Source: the human T2T-CHM13v2.0 reference genome, Homo sapiens. From it: a stretch of DNA of 64,000 nt. The notes beneath the pieces were generated by a model. It was given only the letters and a program-made list of their open reading frames with translations. It ran no database searches and had not been told where the DNA came from. The position numbers were made by a program, and so were the translations under genes. Of the stretch, positions 50,090 through 63,787 are shown piece by piece; position 1 is the stretch's first letter, and each line of letters opens with the position of its first letter. The stretch is from assembly GCF_009914755.1 (NCBI RefSeq), contig NC_060933.1; one strand, written 5' to 3'.

Positions 50090-50452
50090 AATACATTAGG
50101 AGGCTCCCTCACCCTCTGGCTTCAGGTTAGGTTCAGCCTGTGGAGAACCCTGTAAGAAGGCAGAAAGGAAGAGGAGAAAAGGGTCACGGTGTTTATTCGT
50201 GTTTATTCTGTTGGTCTCTTCTCCATGAGGCTGTCTTCCCTACATGTGTCTCTTTACAGAAGGTTACTTTTGTTCTCCAGGTGGTCTGATCTTCTACTCC
50301 TTCTTTTTCCAGGTTTTGTTTTTATCCTCACTGAGCGCCAGTTCCAGATTTATTGCTTACAATTCTTTCATGCTCCTTCCTTTGTATGGAAGCATTCCTC
50401 AAATTATTCTTAGTTGTATTTACCAACTGTTTTCTGTTGAAATTCTGACTAA
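50090..50452 (-). mobile_element. LTR33-like ERVL LTR remnant
   Basis: GGCTCCCTCACCCTCTGGCTTCAGGTTAGGTTCAGCC...GGTGTTTATTC. Confidence 0.5.
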
Positions 50453-50907
50453 TCCAGAATATAAAACTTTTTAGAGTCCAGTCATTCTTTGCCATGTTCT
50501 GTTTCCCCCCATCTCTGTGGCTATGAAAACATGTATCAAATATTTTACCTGACTCGAAGGAAGGGGAAGTCCCACTGCTTTGCCTGTTTTGGATAGGTGG
50601 CATCAGTTAAACTAAACCTTTCATAAACTACTGATACATCAGTGGTTTCTTGTTACATAGAATGAACAGTATTCACCAGAATAATATCCTGACTAGCAAA
50701 CACATCAATTGCCACTCAATGTTCTAAGTGTTATGAGTAAAATAAAAACTGAATAAAGATTTTGCCCTCAGGATGTTTATGTTCTCCTACGTGAGAAAGA
50801 TAATTAAAAATACAAAATATAATATCAATTTTTGAATCATAAGTGTTACGCAGAAAGTGAATTAGGGTAAATTTCCATGCTTGTAGTTTTGCTTATGGTT
50901 TACTATT

Positions 50908-51330
50908 TGTATTCATTTTTTAGGACTGTCATACAAAATACCACAAACTGGGTAGCTTAAAACATCAAAAGCTTATTCTCTCAGTTTTGGAGGTCAGAAA
51001 TTCAAAATCAAGATGTTAGCAATACCATGCTCCCTCTGAAACCTGAAGGAGAGAATCTTTCTTTACCTCTTGTTTTCAGGTGCCAGTTATCAATTCTTGA
51101 CACATTTTTTGGCAGGCAACTGCATCAGTTTGTGACTCTGTCATCACAGGACATTCTCCCTATATGTATGTATCTCTGTGCCCAATTCTTATAAGGACAG
51201 CACTCACCTGACCTCATCTTAACTAGTGACATCTGCAATAGCTCTGTTATCAAATAAGTTCACATTTTAAGGTACTAGAGTTTAGCACTTCATTGTATCT
51301 TTTGAAGAGACACAATTAAGCTCATATGTA
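50908..51330 (-). mobile_element. MLT1-type MaLR LTR
   Basis: AAATACCACAAACTGGGTAGCTTAAAACA...TTATAAGGACA...CCTCATCTTAACT. Confidence 0.8.
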
Positions 51331-51959
51331 ATAAATATTAGTATTCAAATTAAGTATGTCCTACACTTAAAATATACTGATAAAATAATTTGTAATTTCT
51401 AAAGACCTCATAATCATACAATCAATATTTATAACAGATTTCTCTTCATTTTGTTATCTATAAATCTGTATTTTTGTTTTTAGTTACAACCATGACATCC
51501 CCAGAAATCTTTTCTATACAGAGAAGTGGCTCTGAAACTGTTATCAACATCTAAACTTTAGTAAAAATTGAAACTATTGTAATTTCAATTTACCTGAAGA
51601 ATGTTTTCTTTTGATGTATTTGAATTGAGTATCCCTGTGATTGACAGGATGAAATGTTTATGAAATAGATCAATATTGCTCATTGTGATATTCATCATTG
51701 AATAATTATATTTTTATTTTGTCAATTCTGAGTTATTTGGAAACAAAAATCCACAGAATGTTACCTTATATAAATATGTTAATACATTCTTGATTATTAA
51801 TAAATCTGTTACTACAATGTCATATCCTCTCAGTAATAAAAGCATATTTAATTTATGCTTTTATCCATTAGAAAACAGTGAAGCTAGAAATTATTTAAAA
51901 TTTTCCCCTAAGAAATATGTGGAAAAAATAAGAAAATTTATATTTTAAAATGAAATTGC

Positions 51960-52482
51960 ATTAAGAAGCCAACATTGATGCATTTATTGACTAAAGACCA
52001 GAGTTTACATTAGGGTTCACTCTTTGTATTATACAGTTCTATGGGGTTTGCTAATTGCATGATGTCATGTATCCACCATTACAGAATCATAGATAATAAT
52101 TTCACTGCCCTAAAAATTCCCTGTGCTCCACCTACTTATCCCCCACATGCCCAACTCCTGGTAATGACTAAACTTTGCACTAGCTCTATAGTTTCGCCTT
52201 TTCTAGAAGATTATATACTTGGACTCATACAATATGTAGACTTTTCAGACTGGCTTCTTTCACATAGAAATATGCATTCAAATTTCCTCCATGTCTAATC
52301 ATGACTGGATGGCTTATTTTTTTACCCCTGATAATTATGTCATTGTATGGATATAGCAGAGTTTGTTTATCTAATTAAGGAATGATTACCTATTAAAGGA
52401 TAAGCTGGGTGCTTCTAAGTTTTAGTAAGTAAGAATATAGCTGCACATGCAATAAACATTTGCATGCAAGTTTCTGTGTGGT
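51960..52482 (-). mobile_element. Old L1M (L1MC/MD-like) 3' fragment
   Basis: TACATTAGGGTTCACTCTT, TTTCACTGCCCTAAAAAT and TTTTCAGACTGGCTTCTTTCAC. Confidence 0.75.
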
Positions 52483-52824
52483 ACAGTATACTATTTCTTT
52501 GTTCTTAAATACTTTTCACTGGTGTGAACCAATGAGATGCTAACATTGCATTGCTCGTACTTGGTTGGTTTCTAAACTTTACTTACTTTTACAATTTTTA
52601 AAGAGAAGTTTCTATTGCCAGTTTTTTAAAGTGATATGCTCTGCTGACCTTGACATAACAATACACCATTATTAGGTTTTAAGTCCTTAATATGCTCAAA
52701 AAATTAGAGAGCAACTATATCCATGAACCACCATCTAGATTGCAGGAATTAAAGGGAGAACAAATGTTCATTGAATAGATGCAATTTACCAGGACTTATG
52801 CTAAGCATTACAGATCTATAATCT

Positions 52825-52827
<3 letters not shown>

Positions 52828-52885
<58 letters not shown>

Positions 52886-52925
52886 TATACATATATATAT
52901 ACACACACACACACACATATATATA
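52828..52925. repeat. (TA)n/(CA)n microsatellite
   Basis: About 25 perfect TA units followed by TACA/CA units. Confidence 0.95.
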
Positions 52926-53599
52926 AGAAAATTAAGGTGAGAAAGTAATAAACAATGCTAATTAGCTCTGTTTTTAAAAGTAACAATCCAAACTTAAACT
53001 CAAATTATTTTTATTGTAAAACCACTGTAGAAAAATAAAAACAATTAAATTCAGAGTTCTATATTGCATACTAACTGTAAACCACATCATTGTTCAGATT
53101 GATTTTTTTAACAGATCAAAACATATTTAATCCTTTGCATTGAATTTAATGCATTGTGTTGCTACTCCTTATTTTATTTTGTTTTATTTTACTCAATTTT
53201 ATATTTTATTTTCTTTCTAGTAGAATATTAGCTGGTACATCTGAATACCAGAATGTAAAGAAAGGAAGAACAGATCCAAATAAATATTTAAAGTAATAAT
53301 GGCTAAGAATTTTCCAAAATTAACAGCAGATACTGAATACAGATTCAAGAAGTGCAGAGAATACCAAGCAGAATAAATGTCAAAAATCTATACTTAGGTA
53401 TATATTTTTTAAACCAAAGAAAATCAAAGACAGAGAGACATACTGAAAGGAGCCAAGGGTAAACAAGAAAACTTACCTGTAAATAAATAAGGCTAAGAAT
53501 TACAGTTGGTTTTTCATTAGATGAAAGCAAGAAGAGAGTGGGGGGAAATACTTAAAGTGTTGAAAGTGAAACACACAGAGACACACACACCATCTACAT

Positions 53600-53877
53600 T
53601 TCTTTTCTTTTTTTTTTTGGAGACTGGAGTGCAGTGGTGTAATCTCGGCTCACTGCAACCCCCACCTCCTGGGCAAGCAATTTCTCCTGCCTCAGCCTCC
53701 CGAGTAGCTAGGACTACAGGCGCATGCCATCACACCTGGCTAATTATTTTTGCATTTTTAGTAGAGACGGGATTTCACTGTATTAGCCAGGATGGTCTCA
53801 ATCTCCTGACCTCGTGATCTGCTCGCCTCGGCCTCCCAAAGTGCTGGGATTACAGGTGTGAGCCATCGCATCTGGCC
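53600..53877 (-). mobile_element. AluSc-like with a ~30-bp internal deletion
   Basis: Reverse Alu with TSD CTACATTTCT; GAGAC|TGGAGTGCAG junction. Confidence 0.9.
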
Positions 53878-54245
53878 TACATTTCTATATCTAATAGAAT
53901 TATCCTGCAATAGTGTAGAAGAAATAAAGACCTTCTCAGACAAACAAAAACTGAGAAAGTTTATGGTCAGTAGACATGCCTTGCAAGGAATGTTCAAAGA
54001 AGTTCCTAGGGAGAAGAAAAAGGGTATAGGTCAGAAATTGGTCTATATAAAGAAAGGAAGAATATCATCGAAGGAATGAATGAAACTAAAATAAAATGTT
54101 TTATTTTCTTATTCTTAATTGACCTAAAAGATAATATTTTGTTTAAAAGGAATAACTGTAACAATGTATTGAATGAATATAGTATATAAATGAATACATT
54201 AAATGGCAGTAGTGTCATAAATAATGGTAGGAATTGGGATTACTT

Positions 54246-54602
54246 GTATCTTAGTTTGCTCAGGCTTTTATAACAGGATACCATACACTAGGTGGCTTAT
54301 AATCAACAAAAATGCAGTTTTCAGTTCTGAGACTGGGAAGTCCAAGGTCAAGCCATGTGCATATTACATGTCTGGCAAGGGCTTGTTCATAGAGGATGGG
54401 TCACTGGGATTTCACACGGCAGAAGAGCAAATTAGCTCTCTAGGGTTTCTTTTGTAAAGGCACTAATTCTATCCATAACAGTTTGCCCTCATGACCTAAT
54501 CACTTCCCACAGACCCATCTCCAAATACTCTTACCATAGGGATTAGGTTTCAACATACACATTTTGGGGGAATAGGGGAATACAAATATTGAGTCTGTAA
54601 CA
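54246..54602 (-). mobile_element. MLT1A/MSTC-type MaLR LTR
   Basis: TGTATCTTAGTTTGCTCAGGCT...CTCATGACCTAATCACTTCCCA...GGATTAGGTTTCAACAT. Confidence 0.8.
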
Positions 54603-55021
54603 CTCTTGTAAAGTGATATTTGTGTTGAGTTATTCAAAGTCTTATTTAAAGGTAGATTGAGATTAGTTAAAAATGTGTATTGCAAACTCACATAAATCAC
54701 TAAAACTGTTCTAAAGTATAACTGACATGCTAGGAGAGGAAATGTAATGGGATTATTTTAAGTGTCAATTAAAACAATAGAAATAAGAAAAAGAGTGATT
54801 GTTGGGAGGCAAAGAATAAATGATATGAATAGAAAATAGTTATAAACATAATAAATACCAGCCCAACTTTTTTACCACCCAATAATTACTTTAAATGTGC
54901 ATGATCTAAATATACCAATTTACAAGACAGCTGTTGTCAGAGAAAAACAAAATAAGACATCTAGTTAACAATCTTTTTCTTTCTTTATTTAATAAACCTG
55001 AACAACATTTTACATCTAATT

Positions 55022-55297
55022 TAATCCCAGCACTTTGGGAGGCGGAGGCGGGCAGATCACGAGGTCAGGAGATCGAGACCATCCTGGCTAACACGGTGAA
55101 ACCCCGTCTCTACTAAAAATACAAAAAAATTAGCCGGGCGTGGTGGCGGGCCCCTGTAGTCCCAGCTACTCGGAGAGGCTGAGACAGGAGAATGGCGTGA
55201 ACCCGGGAGACGGAGGTTTCAGTGAACCGAGATCGCGCCACTGCACTCCAGCCCGGGCAACAGAGCGAGACTCCGTCTCAAAAAAAAAAAAAGAAAA
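55022..55297 (+). mobile_element. AluY, 5'-truncated, CpG-rich
   Basis: GAGATCGAGACCATCCTGGCTAACACGGTGAAACCCCGTC, GGCGTGAACCCGGGAG and an A-tail. Confidence 0.95.
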
Positions 55298-57381
55298 GTT
55301 GATGAGTAATTTTTGTCATATGGAGTTCAGTGATATTTATAATAAAAATTGCATACCACACAACTGATCAAAGCACAGCATATCCGTGCCACCGTAGTCT
55401 TACTTATGGCTACCTGTCCAGAGCTCACTTTGAAAAGTCACTTCCCTACTGAAATTCATGACACTTATGGAATTGTCAGAATCTACAAAGAATGTACAAG
55501 GAATTTTTATAAATTATGAATTACTCTAAGTAAGATATTTTGTTAAAGCAGCAGGAATGTCCTAAAACACCATGTGATGGGAACAAGAAATGACATCCTT
55601 AGTCATAAGCAAAACTTGTTGATGAAATGGCTAAAAAATAAATATGCCCAACTCAGCATCATTAACAAGGGAAATCTCATAGGTGATAAGGAACAGAACC
55701 TGGCCCTAAGGTTTCTAATAGGGCCAAAGTCTCCCACTTCATGTTTTACTCCTTTGGGTGTCTCTATGCAGTAAACTCACTAGTTTATGTACTAGGGAAC
55801 AGTTGGTTTAGAAAGGTCATGCCAAAAGGTCAATATAAATTTCTTCACTGGCCTTCTTTTAGAGTAATGAGACCTTTCTGTAAAATAAAGATGGTTTTGT
55901 TGCATATCCATACAGCAACCTATCATTTATAGGAGCTATTCTTTCTGCAACATCCATATTAATACCCAGGTGAAAAGTGAACCAAAATAAAAAGAAGATA
56001 AAAAGATGAATGAATTTTTTTTCTTAATTTGGGCAAAATTACTTCAAAATGTTTACAGTATATACAACATCTCAAAATATGTAATTGGAAAGAAAATTTT
56101 ACAAACTAAAAATATTTACATTGTGCATGTTTTGTTTTTTTATTTAGAAATAAAAGCCAAACAGGTACCCAGAGAAGCCAAATACAAGATAATAATTACT
56201 TTGAACACTTTTTCATTCAAGCAAATTTCTAACTGTGAATGTAGGGTTACAAGTACATTCCAGAAAGTGAAGGTACATTCGGTCTACTAAATTTCTTGGC
56301 CATAATTTTCTAAATTTTACTGAACTTGGAATCACAGGACTGGGGAATATTCATTGGGGAATATAAAAAGTAGCTTTCTCATTTTTGAAGTGATTTCATA
56401 TAAAAGAAGAAACATTATTTATATAAAATGTTTTCTTCACATGAAAATTTGGTTGGTATATCTGTGCTATTTTACCTTTTGCTAAATATATATTAATAAC
56501 TTCAGAAAATATAATACATGACACATTTTGATTTATCTTCTGTCTTCATGTATCCCAAAGCTTGAGTTAAAATGAAGATAAATCATAAAACACTCAATGA
56601 TTTTGTATGTTATATTCAAAATAAGGCCACATTGATCCAAAATCACTCTGTAGTATTCAGTTACTTAGAGGAGCATGTTAAAGTTTTCATACCCATATAG
56701 GACAATCAATTGTAAGAATTTCTGTCATTTGCCTCAATGGTGGTAACAATGTTTATTTATTAGTAGAATAAAGAGAATTTATTTCCAAGAAATGCAAGAG
56801 TTTTATGTATTTTGCATTTAAAAATTAAGTACAGTTCAATGAGTGTTTTGATTTAAAAAAATAAAAATGAACAGAATTCTAAACTACACTTATGATGTAG
56901 CCATGTGGCCAAGATACTAACAATCTGACTTAAAATATATCTTCATCTAATTATTCCTTCTGTGCAAAAGATGAATTGGATTTGTTGGGAAGGATGCTTT
57001 GAAAGCATGAATTTAATTTTCCTTCTTCCAGGGTATCTATTTCTTCCATCATTGTAAGTAGGAATTGCTTGCTCACATGCAAAAATGCAAACACTGGTTT
57101 TTAAGTGCTATCTGGAAGAAATACTAGAATACATATATTCTACATACATATAATATTTACAATACATATTCAAGATATCTATAGATACATAAAAATAAAC
57201 ATTTAATGAAAATTGAAAATATTAGAAAGGCCTAAGGTACTTCAGGTAGGTAATCTCATTTATTTTTACAGGAAAAGGATATTTCCCAATAACATTAAAG
57301 CTTATATAAAATTTGATAATTGGTTAAGTCAAGCTTCTAATAAGTGGTAAATAAAGATTTACTTGTTAGTATCTATTATAT

Positions 57382-57757
57382 GAGTATTAGTTCATTCTCA
57401 CACTGCCATGAAGACATACCCAAGACTGGAGACTGAGTAATCTATAAAGAAAATAGGTTTAATTGACTCACAGTTCTGGGGAGGCCTCAGAAAACTTACA
57501 ATCATGGCAGAATGCAAGAGAAGCAGGTACCTTCTTCACAGGGTGGCAAGACTCAATGAGTGCAACCAGGGGAAATGTCAGATGCTTATAAAACCATCAA
57601 ATCTCAAGATAACTCGCTCACTATAATGAGAACAGCATGGGGGAAACCACCTTCATGATCTACTTACTTCCATCTGGTCCTGCTCTTGACACATGAGGAT
57701 TATGGAGATTACAATTCAAGGTGATATTTGGGTGGGGACACAGAGCCAAACCCTACA
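57382..57757 (-). mobile_element. THE1/MSTA MaLR LTR
   Basis: GTATTAGTTCATTCTCACACTGC...GATTACAATTCAAGGTGATATTTGGGTGGGGACACAGAGCCAAACC. Confidence 0.88.
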
Positions 57758-58179
57758 GTATGTATGGTATCCTACTATGTATTGCTTGAATCTACACAAT
57801 ACAGTTCTGTCTCTTCAAATGGATTCCAGCTGAGGATAGTAAGGAACAAAATTGACACATAATATGTAGAAAATAATGTATCAACAAAATGTATTATATA
57901 ATAATTTTCTTCATTAAATAATATTTTTTAGTAAGAATTATGTTAGGTGCTGTAGGAATAAGAGAATAAAACAAGTGTGTATTTTACTCTTTGGAGAAAA
58001 GTAATACAAAAAAGAAAGCCAAAACAAAGCAGAATCAAAGTTGGACCTTCATATAGATATGCATGTAAATATATATGCATTTGTGGACTTTCAAAAAATT
58101 TAAAAACATTTTTATTAGAGAAATGATAAAACTTTATGATAAAATTGCATTCAATTTGGATTTAGAAAGGGTAAAATTA

Positions 58180-58513
58180 TGTGTCTTAGACCATTTTGTG
58201 CTTCTAAAACAGAATACCATAGATTGAGTAATTTATAAAGAACAGAAATTTACTTCTTACCATTCTGGTGGCTAGGAAGTCCAAGATCAAGATACCAGGC
58301 TCTGAGGTCTTCTTGATGCATCCTCACATGGTGGAAGGTGGAAGGGGCAAGAGAGAACCAACTCTCTCTGTCAAGACCCTTTATAAGATCACCTCATCCC
58401 ATTCATGAGGGAGGATCTCTCATGGCCTAAACACCTCTTAAAGGCCTGACCTCTTAGAACTATCACATTGGCAACACTTGAATTTTGGAGGAGATTCATT
58501 AAAGCCATGTCAG
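58180..58513 (-). mobile_element. MSTC/MLT1A-type MaLR LTR
   Basis: TGTCTTAGACCATTTTGTGCT...AATTTATAAAGAACAGAAATTTA...GGAAGTCCAAGATCAAG. Confidence 0.8.
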
Positions 58514-59575
58514 TATCCATTTCTTACTAAAGGTAAAAAATAATTTGAAGTATGAAGGGAACACAAAATGAATAATACCTCCAAGAAATATTCATTCATT
58601 TGTCCACTCACTCACTAAATAAATATTGAGAGACTGACTTGTAAAAGCTAATTTACTCTCTTCTAAGCTCCATCATACCAGGCTGGGAAACTCCCAGTAG
58701 ATAATATGGGCACTAAGATCCAACCTAATATAAACTCAGATCAATTTACTTCAGATATCAGGATAAAAAGTTCTGCACCATTGTGAGCCAGGGTTCTTCC
58801 AGACAGCAGTACAAGGAAGTAGAAGAGACAGAGTTGATCCAAAAAGCAATGAGCCTGGGAAGTTTTTATAGCAGGTAATTTCAAATAAATCATTTTCTAT
58901 ACAACTGAGATTCTTCTATTCATGAATAGAACCTTCTTAAATGCACTCCAGCATTTCTCCAAAGTGGGGCATTGTAAACAAATAAAAAGAGGGCCAGAAA
59001 TGGCTATTTATCTCACTTAAGCATAATAGAGCATCCAATACCAGCATCCAGGCTGGGTCAATGGAAATCTGGTTCCAGACTTTGCTTTTGCCTTTGAAGA
59101 TAATTTTTTTTTTCTTTAAACTGTATTTGAAGTGAGATTCTATATGGACTGCTATGTAAGGGAAGGGATTCTTTGAAAATGGGTCCAACCCACTAGAAGA
59201 AGAGATAACAAATGGAGATAAGCTGAACCCTGATTACTTTACTTGGAGCCTGAAATCACCTTTAGCTTAAATCATACTACCCTTGGGCTTAGTTACTTTA
59301 GTCTACTTTTTTTTTCCATTTATGTTACTTGCCCCCAAATGAGTCTTAATGGGGACAAATGGTCATTCAGGTACAGGCCTCAGAAGAGCATTCCTGATGA
59401 GAGGAAACATTTCCAAGGAATGTTAATGAGATTGTTCTGGGACAGGATAAATAAAAGAAATACATTTAGAGGAGTTCTACATTTAAGGAACAGCACAGAA
59501 AGAGAAACGTACAAAACAGCTAGTGGTGGAACAGTAATAGAATGAAAGGGAAAACCAATTTCTTTGAAACGTTTA

Positions 59576-60738
59576 CAGTCATGCCCCACATAATAATGCT
59601 TTGGTCAATGACAGACTGCATTTAAAATAGTGGTCCCATAAGATTCTAATGGAGCTGAAAAATATCTTCCATGTAGTGACATAATAGCCATTATAACTTC
59701 AAAGCTCAATGCATTACTCAAGTGCATTTGGTGATGCTGATATAAACAAACCTATCATGCTGCCAATCATAGACAAGAATAGTGCATATAATTATGTACA
59801 ACACATAATACTTGATAATGATAATAAATTACTATGTTACTCATTTATGTATATACTTTACTATTTAATGTTATCTTAGCGTATACTCTTATTTATTAAA
59901 AAAAATTATCTGTAAGACTGTCTCAGGCAGGTCCTTCAGGAGATATTTTAGAAGAAGGCATTGTTATCACAGCAGACTACAGGTCCATGCATGTTATTGC
60001 CCCTGAAGACCTTCCAGTGGGATGAGGTGTGAAGGTAAAACACAATTATATCGATGATCCTGATCGTGTGTAGGCCTAGGCTAATGTGTGTGTTTGCATT
60101 TTACTTTTTAACAAAAAGGTGTACAAAGCTGAAAAAGGAAAAAATCTTATAAAACAGAGCTATAAAAGATGATATTTTTGTATAGCTGCACAATGTGTTT
60201 GTGTTTTAAGCTAAATGTTATTATAAAAAATCAAAGCGTTGAAACATATAAAAGCGTTAAAATATATTAGATTAAAAGGTATAGTAAGATAATGTTAATT
60301 TCATGGTCCTTAAGTGTATCATTTTTATAAAATCCACAGTCATATACGGTAATGTCCTAGGGTTTCACATTCACTCGCCATTCACTCACTGACTTATCCA
60401 GAGTAACTTTTAGTCTTCAAGCTCCATTTATGGTAAGTTCCCAATATAGACGTAACATTTTCCATCTTTTACGCTGTACTTTTACTATACCTATTCTATG
60501 TTTAGATACGTTTAAATACACAAATACTTGCCGTTATGTTACAATTGCCTACATGTTCAGTATAGTCACACGCTGTACAGGTGTGTAGCCTAGGAGCAAT
60601 AGGCTATATCTCATATAGTCTAGATATGTAGCAGACTATGTTGTCAAGGTTTTGTAAACATCTATGATGTTTGCATAATGACAAAATTGCCTAATAATGC
60701 ATTTCTCAGATCATATCAGTATTACTGTCACATGATTA
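59576..60738 (+). mobile_element. Tigger3b-like (Golem) DNA transposon, near complete, ~1.16 kb
   Basis: TA-CAGTCATGCCCCACATAA..TTTGGTCAATGACAGACTGCAT..GTGGTCCCATAAGATT start and CACATGATTA-TA end. Confidence 0.85.
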
Positions 60739-61906
60739 TACATATTTAATTTCTACTGGTGAAATATTATTATTCATATTGAACAGAATTGAAACTCTAG
60801 CTCTATTACTTATCTCTCCTAGTTGAAGCCAAGCTTTTTCCAACAGATTGGAAAACTATATGCTACTGAGAAAGTTACTGCTATTGGAGTTCTAAAATAC
60901 ATACGTATGTCTCTTAGCTCTCAAAATTATTTTGTAATATCATATGCCCAAATACAAAAATATAAGTGCCCAAATATTTAGACTTGTATAGTCAATGAGT
61001 ATAATTAAGTCTTGACACTAAGTAATATTCAAAGAGGGAAGTTTGCTCTTTATTTTCCTAATTGCCATGGGCAACCATCAGTTATTTACTTCATTTCCTT
61101 TCAATAGTTCTTGCTCTCAGCAAGTCGGGATCTCTCAGAGAGAAAGATTCATAGAGGCCTGAGGAAAACAGAAGAATCTAGGGACAAATGTAAAACCATC
61201 TTCATAATTACAATCCATTTATTAGATACACCATCCTAAATTTTGTCCTAAAGAATAAGCAGGGTTCATATTCTATTTCTTATATTTTTTGAGGGACGAT
61301 TTCAGTGTAAGCAACAAAGCAGTGGAAATAATTTCAAATGCTAGAATAGTTTTTTGAGTAAAATCTGGTCCTACTAATGATTTAAGAGCTGGAACACAAC
61401 TTCTTGCAGATCTAGAGCTGGATCCTAGTCCAAGTGTTCCTGGAAGGGATGGGGTAAGGGTGAATGGAGTGTGGGAATGCAGTCCTGCTGAGTATGGGCA
61501 GCTGTTCTGGAGCCAAGCAATTCACAGTTTCACTTTGCCAAAATAAATCCACTTGAATGATTTTTTTTTCAGGGATGAAACTGAGAAATTGGTGGTGAGT
61601 AGTTCTGCTTAGGAAAATTTTTGACATTTCAGGATAAATGACAAATATTACACTTTTTCTGAGACTATCTTAAAAATTCATTTATATATCTAATTCTCAT
61701 TATTTTGCTAAACTTTCTATACTTGCTATTCACTTATTCACATTTAAATTTTTATTGTGACAATTATATAAATGGAAATAGCTGTATCTTTTAAGTATAG
61801 AATCCCTATATTTTTCTTCTTGCTAGCCATATCTATCTTATTTATAGTGAGTATCCAACTTTCATGAATTCTGAAAGTGTTCAATGACCTCAGAAAGCAA
61901 TACAAT

Positions 61907-62085
61907 TGTGTGGTATACAGAATATTAGATGGTCATGACCTTAGCCTCCCAGTGTTACTTTGATGATTATATTGTATTACATGGCAAAATGGATTGCGCA
62001 GATGTAATTAATGTTAATAATCAGTTGATGTGAAAACAGGAAGATTATCCAAGTGTACCTAATCTAATACAATGAGCTCTGTAAA
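61907..62085 (+). mobile_element. MLT1E-like LTR 5' fragment
   Basis: TACATGGCAAAATGGATTGCGCAGATGTAATTAA...GATTATCCAAGTGTACCTAATCTAAT. Confidence 0.6.
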
Positions 62086-63787
62086 ATTTTATTTATTTTT
62101 GCCCGACTGTCTTATTCCTGAGAGCCAGTTTTCAAGCTCTGAGGTCCTTTCCTCAACTTGGTCCATTCTGTTGTTAATACTTGTGATTGCATTATGAAAT
62201 TCTTGTGGTGTGTTTTCCAACTCTAGCCAGTCAATTTGGTTCTGTTTTATACTGGCTATTTCACCGATCAGCACCTGAATTATTTTTTGTGTTTGTTCCT
62301 TAGTGATATGGTTTGGCTCTGTGTTCCCATTCAAATCTTATCTGGAACTGTAATCCCCATGTGTTGAGAGAGGAACCTGGTGGGAGGTGATTGGATCATG
62401 GGGGTGGTTCCCCCGTGCTGTTCTCATGATAGTGAGTGAGTTCTCATGAGATCTGATGGTTTAAAAGTGACTGTCCCCCTTCACTCTCTCTCTCTTCTGC
62501 CACCCTGTGAAGAAGTTACTTGCTTCTCCTTCACCTTCAGCTATGATTATAAGTTTTCTGAGGCCTCCCCAGCAATTCAGAACTATGAGTCAATTAAATC
62601 TTTTTCCTTTATAAATTACCCAGTCTCAGAAGTTCTTTATAGCAGGGTGATAACAGACTAATACACTTAGCTTCCTTGAATTAGGTTTCGATGTTCCCCC
62701 GAATTTCAATGATCTTTGTTCCTATCTATATTCTGAAATCAATTTATGTCATTTCAGCCATCTCAGCCTAGTTAAGAACCCTTGCTTGGGAACCAGTGTG
62801 ATCTTTGGGAGGAAAGAAGACATGCTGGCCTTTTGAGTTGCCAGAGATCTTGCATAGGTTCTTTCTCATCTGTGTGTGTGTGTGTGGGTGTTCCTTTAAT
62901 TGCAGTGTAAATTGAGTACAGTCAGTAGACTTCTTTCCATGTTTTCAGAGTCCTAAGGCTTTGTTTAGGGCCTTTATTTGTAGCTAAATTCTTGTCTTTC
63001 TTTTCACAGCAGGGTATGATAGCAAAGTATTATTGGTGTTGAAGTTTTGGGGTGTGATCTAGTAGCTGGTGCTGAAGTGTAATGGTCACTGTGTAGGCTC
63101 CTGCTCAGTCATGTGGCTCCTCCGTATTTCCTCATGGGTTGCAGCTATGCTTCCTCTCAATGTTTTGAAAGTCAGTGTAGGCTCCTCTCCCACTTGAGTG
63201 CTCACTGCAGATCTTGGCTTGGTGCATCCAGGCTGCACACCATAGTTCTGAAATGATCATAGGCTTTATGTTACTTCCCCAGCTTGGAAGCAGCAGAGGA
63301 GACCCTGTGGCTCAACGTCTTTTCTTGTCACTTGGGGCTCCATTGCAGAAAGATGCAGAACTGCAATCAATTAGCATGATCAGCCTGGCATGGGGCAGCT
63401 GCACTGTGAGCCCACGCTGGGGGGATCCTGTCTGGTGACTAGCAGAGAATGTGGGTAGGACCCGTGGGAGACAGACTGGCCTCCTCTCCTTAGAGCAACT
63501 ACAACTTGCGGGATAAAGCACTCGGAGTCTTTGCTCCTTCCCTAGTTCAAGGGTAAACAGGGAAGTTAAACTGGAGAGGCAGTGGCAGAGGGACTTTTGG
63601 TTGCCCCTGGGAGCTCCATCTCTGAGAAATGTGGAGCTGCTGCTACTGGGAGTGTTCAGCCAGAGGGTGAAGCAGCTGCACTGCTTGCCTGAGCTAGAGG
63701 CTCTGCTTGTTGGGGAACAGGGGGTCAAGGGCCCATAGCAGCAAGAAATGGGGCTTTTCTCTAAATGGTGGCTGTGGTGTGCTGTAC
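62086..63787 (-). mobile_element. L1 (old primate L1PA/L1PB) 5'UTR and ORF1 N-terminus, inverted relative to the body of the element
   Basis: Minus-strand ORF1 coiled coil ELENTPQEFHNAITSINNRMDQVEERTSELENWLSGIRQSGKNK, with a GC-richer 5'UTR to the right. Confidence 0.85.
62304..62665 (+). mobile_element. MSTA/THE1D MaLR solo LTR inserted in L1 ORF1
   Basis: TGATATGGTTTGGCTCTGTG...AACAGACTAATACA, with a perfect 5-bp TSD CTTAG. Confidence 0.92.

Larger units (their letters stand above)
53240..54950 (+). mobile_element. Old L1M ORF1/inter-ORF remnant with nested Alu and MLT1 insertions
   Basis: GAATTTTCCAAAATTA, CAGATTCAAGAAG and MKARREWGEILKVLK..EEIKTFSDKQKLRKF (L1 ORF1 C-terminal region). 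Confidence 0.8.

Noticed and set aside
49015-60738. Inverted similarity between 49015-49518 and 59576-60080
   Set aside because: These are two independent, diverged Tigger3 copies with unrelated flanks, not a duplication.
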